Below are positions 63,004 through 64,000 of a stretch of DNA of 64,000 nucleotides, in pieces. The notes below the pieces were generated by a model. That model saw only the letters and a program-made list of their open reading frames with translations. It did not search any database and had not been told where the DNA came from. Origin of the DNA: Lentimicrobiaceae bacterium (GTDB taxonomy: Bacteria > Bacteroidota > Bacteroidia > Bacteroidales > UBA4417); assembly GCA_041660125.1 (NCBI GenBank), contig JBAZWY010000003.1, positions 164,030 to 228,029 of the forward strand, given 5' to 3'. The translations under genes and the position numbers were made by a program. The number at the start of each line of letters is the position of its first letter. The first letter of the stretch is position 1.

Positions 63004-64000
63004 ATGGATACTGAGTTGAAATTCCCGTTTTACGCAAAGGCTTCGCTCCTGGTAATCGGATTGTTTGTCTTTATCAGTATGTTATACATTGCTCAAAGCA
63101 TTATAGTACCTATTGTTTTTGCCGTAATAATTGCCATCGTTCTCCACCCGGTGGTGAACTTTTTTGTGCGTTTCAAAATAAACAGGATTGTAGCCATTAT
63201 TATTACATTACTTCTTACTTTTTTAGTAGCTGCTGCACTTGCATTACTAATATTCAAACAGGCCAGTCGCTTTAGCGAAACATGGCCTGTGCTGGTCGAT
63301 AAAATTACACTTATGCTCAGCCAGGCTACGACCTGGGTTACCGGTTATTTCGGAATTGATCCGTGGGCGGCCCATAAATGGATCGTTAAAACCAAAACTG
63401 AACTACTTAGTAATAGCAATGCTGCGATTGGCCAAACACTTTTCGCAGTTGGTAATTCAATAATGGTAATGATTTTAATTCCCGTTTATGTATTTATTAT
63501 ACTTTTTTACCATTCACTGCTTATTGAATTTATACACAGGCTCTTTGGTACGGGCAATCAAAAAAAGGTGAGCGAAATTGTAAACCAAACCAAGACTCTT
63601 ATTCAACGCTACCTGGTAGGGTTGGTTATTGAAGCTGTAATGATTGCTGTAATGGAAATAGCAGCGCTCTTATTACTAGGCATTGAATATGCAATTCTTT
63701 TAGGCATTATAGGTGCATTGCTCAATGTAATTCCATATATCGGCGGACTTGTTGCTGTTGCAATACCCATGATGATTGCTCTTGCCACCAAGGACTCAGC
63801 CTGGTATGCATTCTATGTGCTGGTAATTTATTACATCATCCAACTCATCGACAATAATTTAATCGTGCCTCTGATCGTATCTTCCAAAGTGAAAATCAAT
63901 GCACTTTTCTCCATTATAGTTGTATTTGCAGGCAATGCCTTGTGGGGCATCTCTGGTATGTTTCTTTCAATACCACTGCTTGCCATAATAAAACTCATTT
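63004..64000 (+). CDS. AI-2E family (PerM/YhhT-like) transporter, 3' end cut by window edge
   Basis: The frame is open from the ATG at 63004 to the window end. It is absent from the ORF track because no stop lies in the window. The product is multi-TM, with LLGIIGALLNVIPYIGGLVA and NALWGISGMFLSIPLLA typical of the family. Confidence 0.8.
   Translation, partial: MDTELKFPFYAKASLLVIGLFVFISMLYIAQSIIVPIVFAVIIAIVLHPVVNFFVRFKINRIVAIIITLLLTFLVAAALALLIFKQASRFSETWPVLVDKITLMLSQATTWVTGYFGIDPWAAHKWIVKTKTELLSNSNAAIGQTLFAVGNSIMVMILIPVYVFIILFYHSLLIEFIHRLFGTGNQKKVSEIVNQTKTLIQRYLVGLVIEAVMIAVMEIAALLLLGIEYAILLGIIGALLNVIPYIGGLVAVAIPMMIALATKDSAWYAFYVLVIYYIIQLIDNNLIVPLIVSSKVKINALFSIIVVFAGNALWGISGMFLSIPLLAIIKLI

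Overview
The window is a 64-kb chromosomal segment that looks Bacteroidota-derived. Evidence: TAnnTTTG-type -7 promoter boxes, no Shine-Dalgarno dependence, ~800-aa double-FtsX permeases and Bacteroidota-typical small membrane protein families. I found no rRNA, tRNA, CRISPR array, transposase, integrase or phage genes.

Left part (1-28 kb), ordinary chromosome:
- GT2 polyprenol-phosphate mannosyltransferase, dihydroorotase, an EEP-family nuclease/phosphatase, RlmI, an Hsp15-like S4 protein and Der.
- A small SRPBCC/VOC/AlkZ-like 'xenobiotic' cluster containing one frameshifted gene.
- A MacAB-TolC-type efflux locus with one adaptor, two ATPases, three permease paralogues and TolC.
- A convergent LytS-type kinase / LytTR response-regulator pair.

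Main observation: from 28.5 kb to 62 kb, a nearly invariant ~67-bp composite promoter module occurs ten times.
- Its form is TGTGTGAAT-N-ATGTAAC, N12, TTRTGTAAY, N21, then a box ending in TTTG (TAnnTTTG in 5 of the 10 copies).
- Every copy is intergenic and co-oriented with the gene or operon downstream. Two pairs are divergent.
- The two 9-bp direct repeats with a 12-bp spacer abutting the core promoter match LytTR-type activator sites, and a LytTR two-component system sits next to the first copy.

The genes behind these modules form a coherent envelope/stress set:
- Two complete MlaFED-like operons, one followed by an Omp85-like barrel and a BrkB/YihY protein, plus a DUF748/AsmA-like protein.
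- An Ig-repeat DUF3494 (ice-binding-fold) lipoprotein with a large OmpA-family protein.
- Many small general-stress-type membrane proteins: YtxH x2, lmo0937-family, Thivi_2564-family, Holin-X-like, tail-anchored paralogues and hydrophilin-like tails.
- An uncharacterised B12-radical-SAM gene followed by two GH130-like paralogues.
- A housekeeping block (M1 peptidase, pckA, aminotransferase) interrupts the island and carries no module.

Other signals:
- Intergenic hairpins whose arms are built from 7-14-bp tandem repeats.
- A REP-like CTGTCAGGCTGAGCGGAGTCGAAGCC family.
- A 1.1-kb ORF-free region containing a candidate ~200-bp MITE flanked by a perfect 10-bp direct repeat.

All functional calls come from recognising protein motifs by eye. 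No database search was run.
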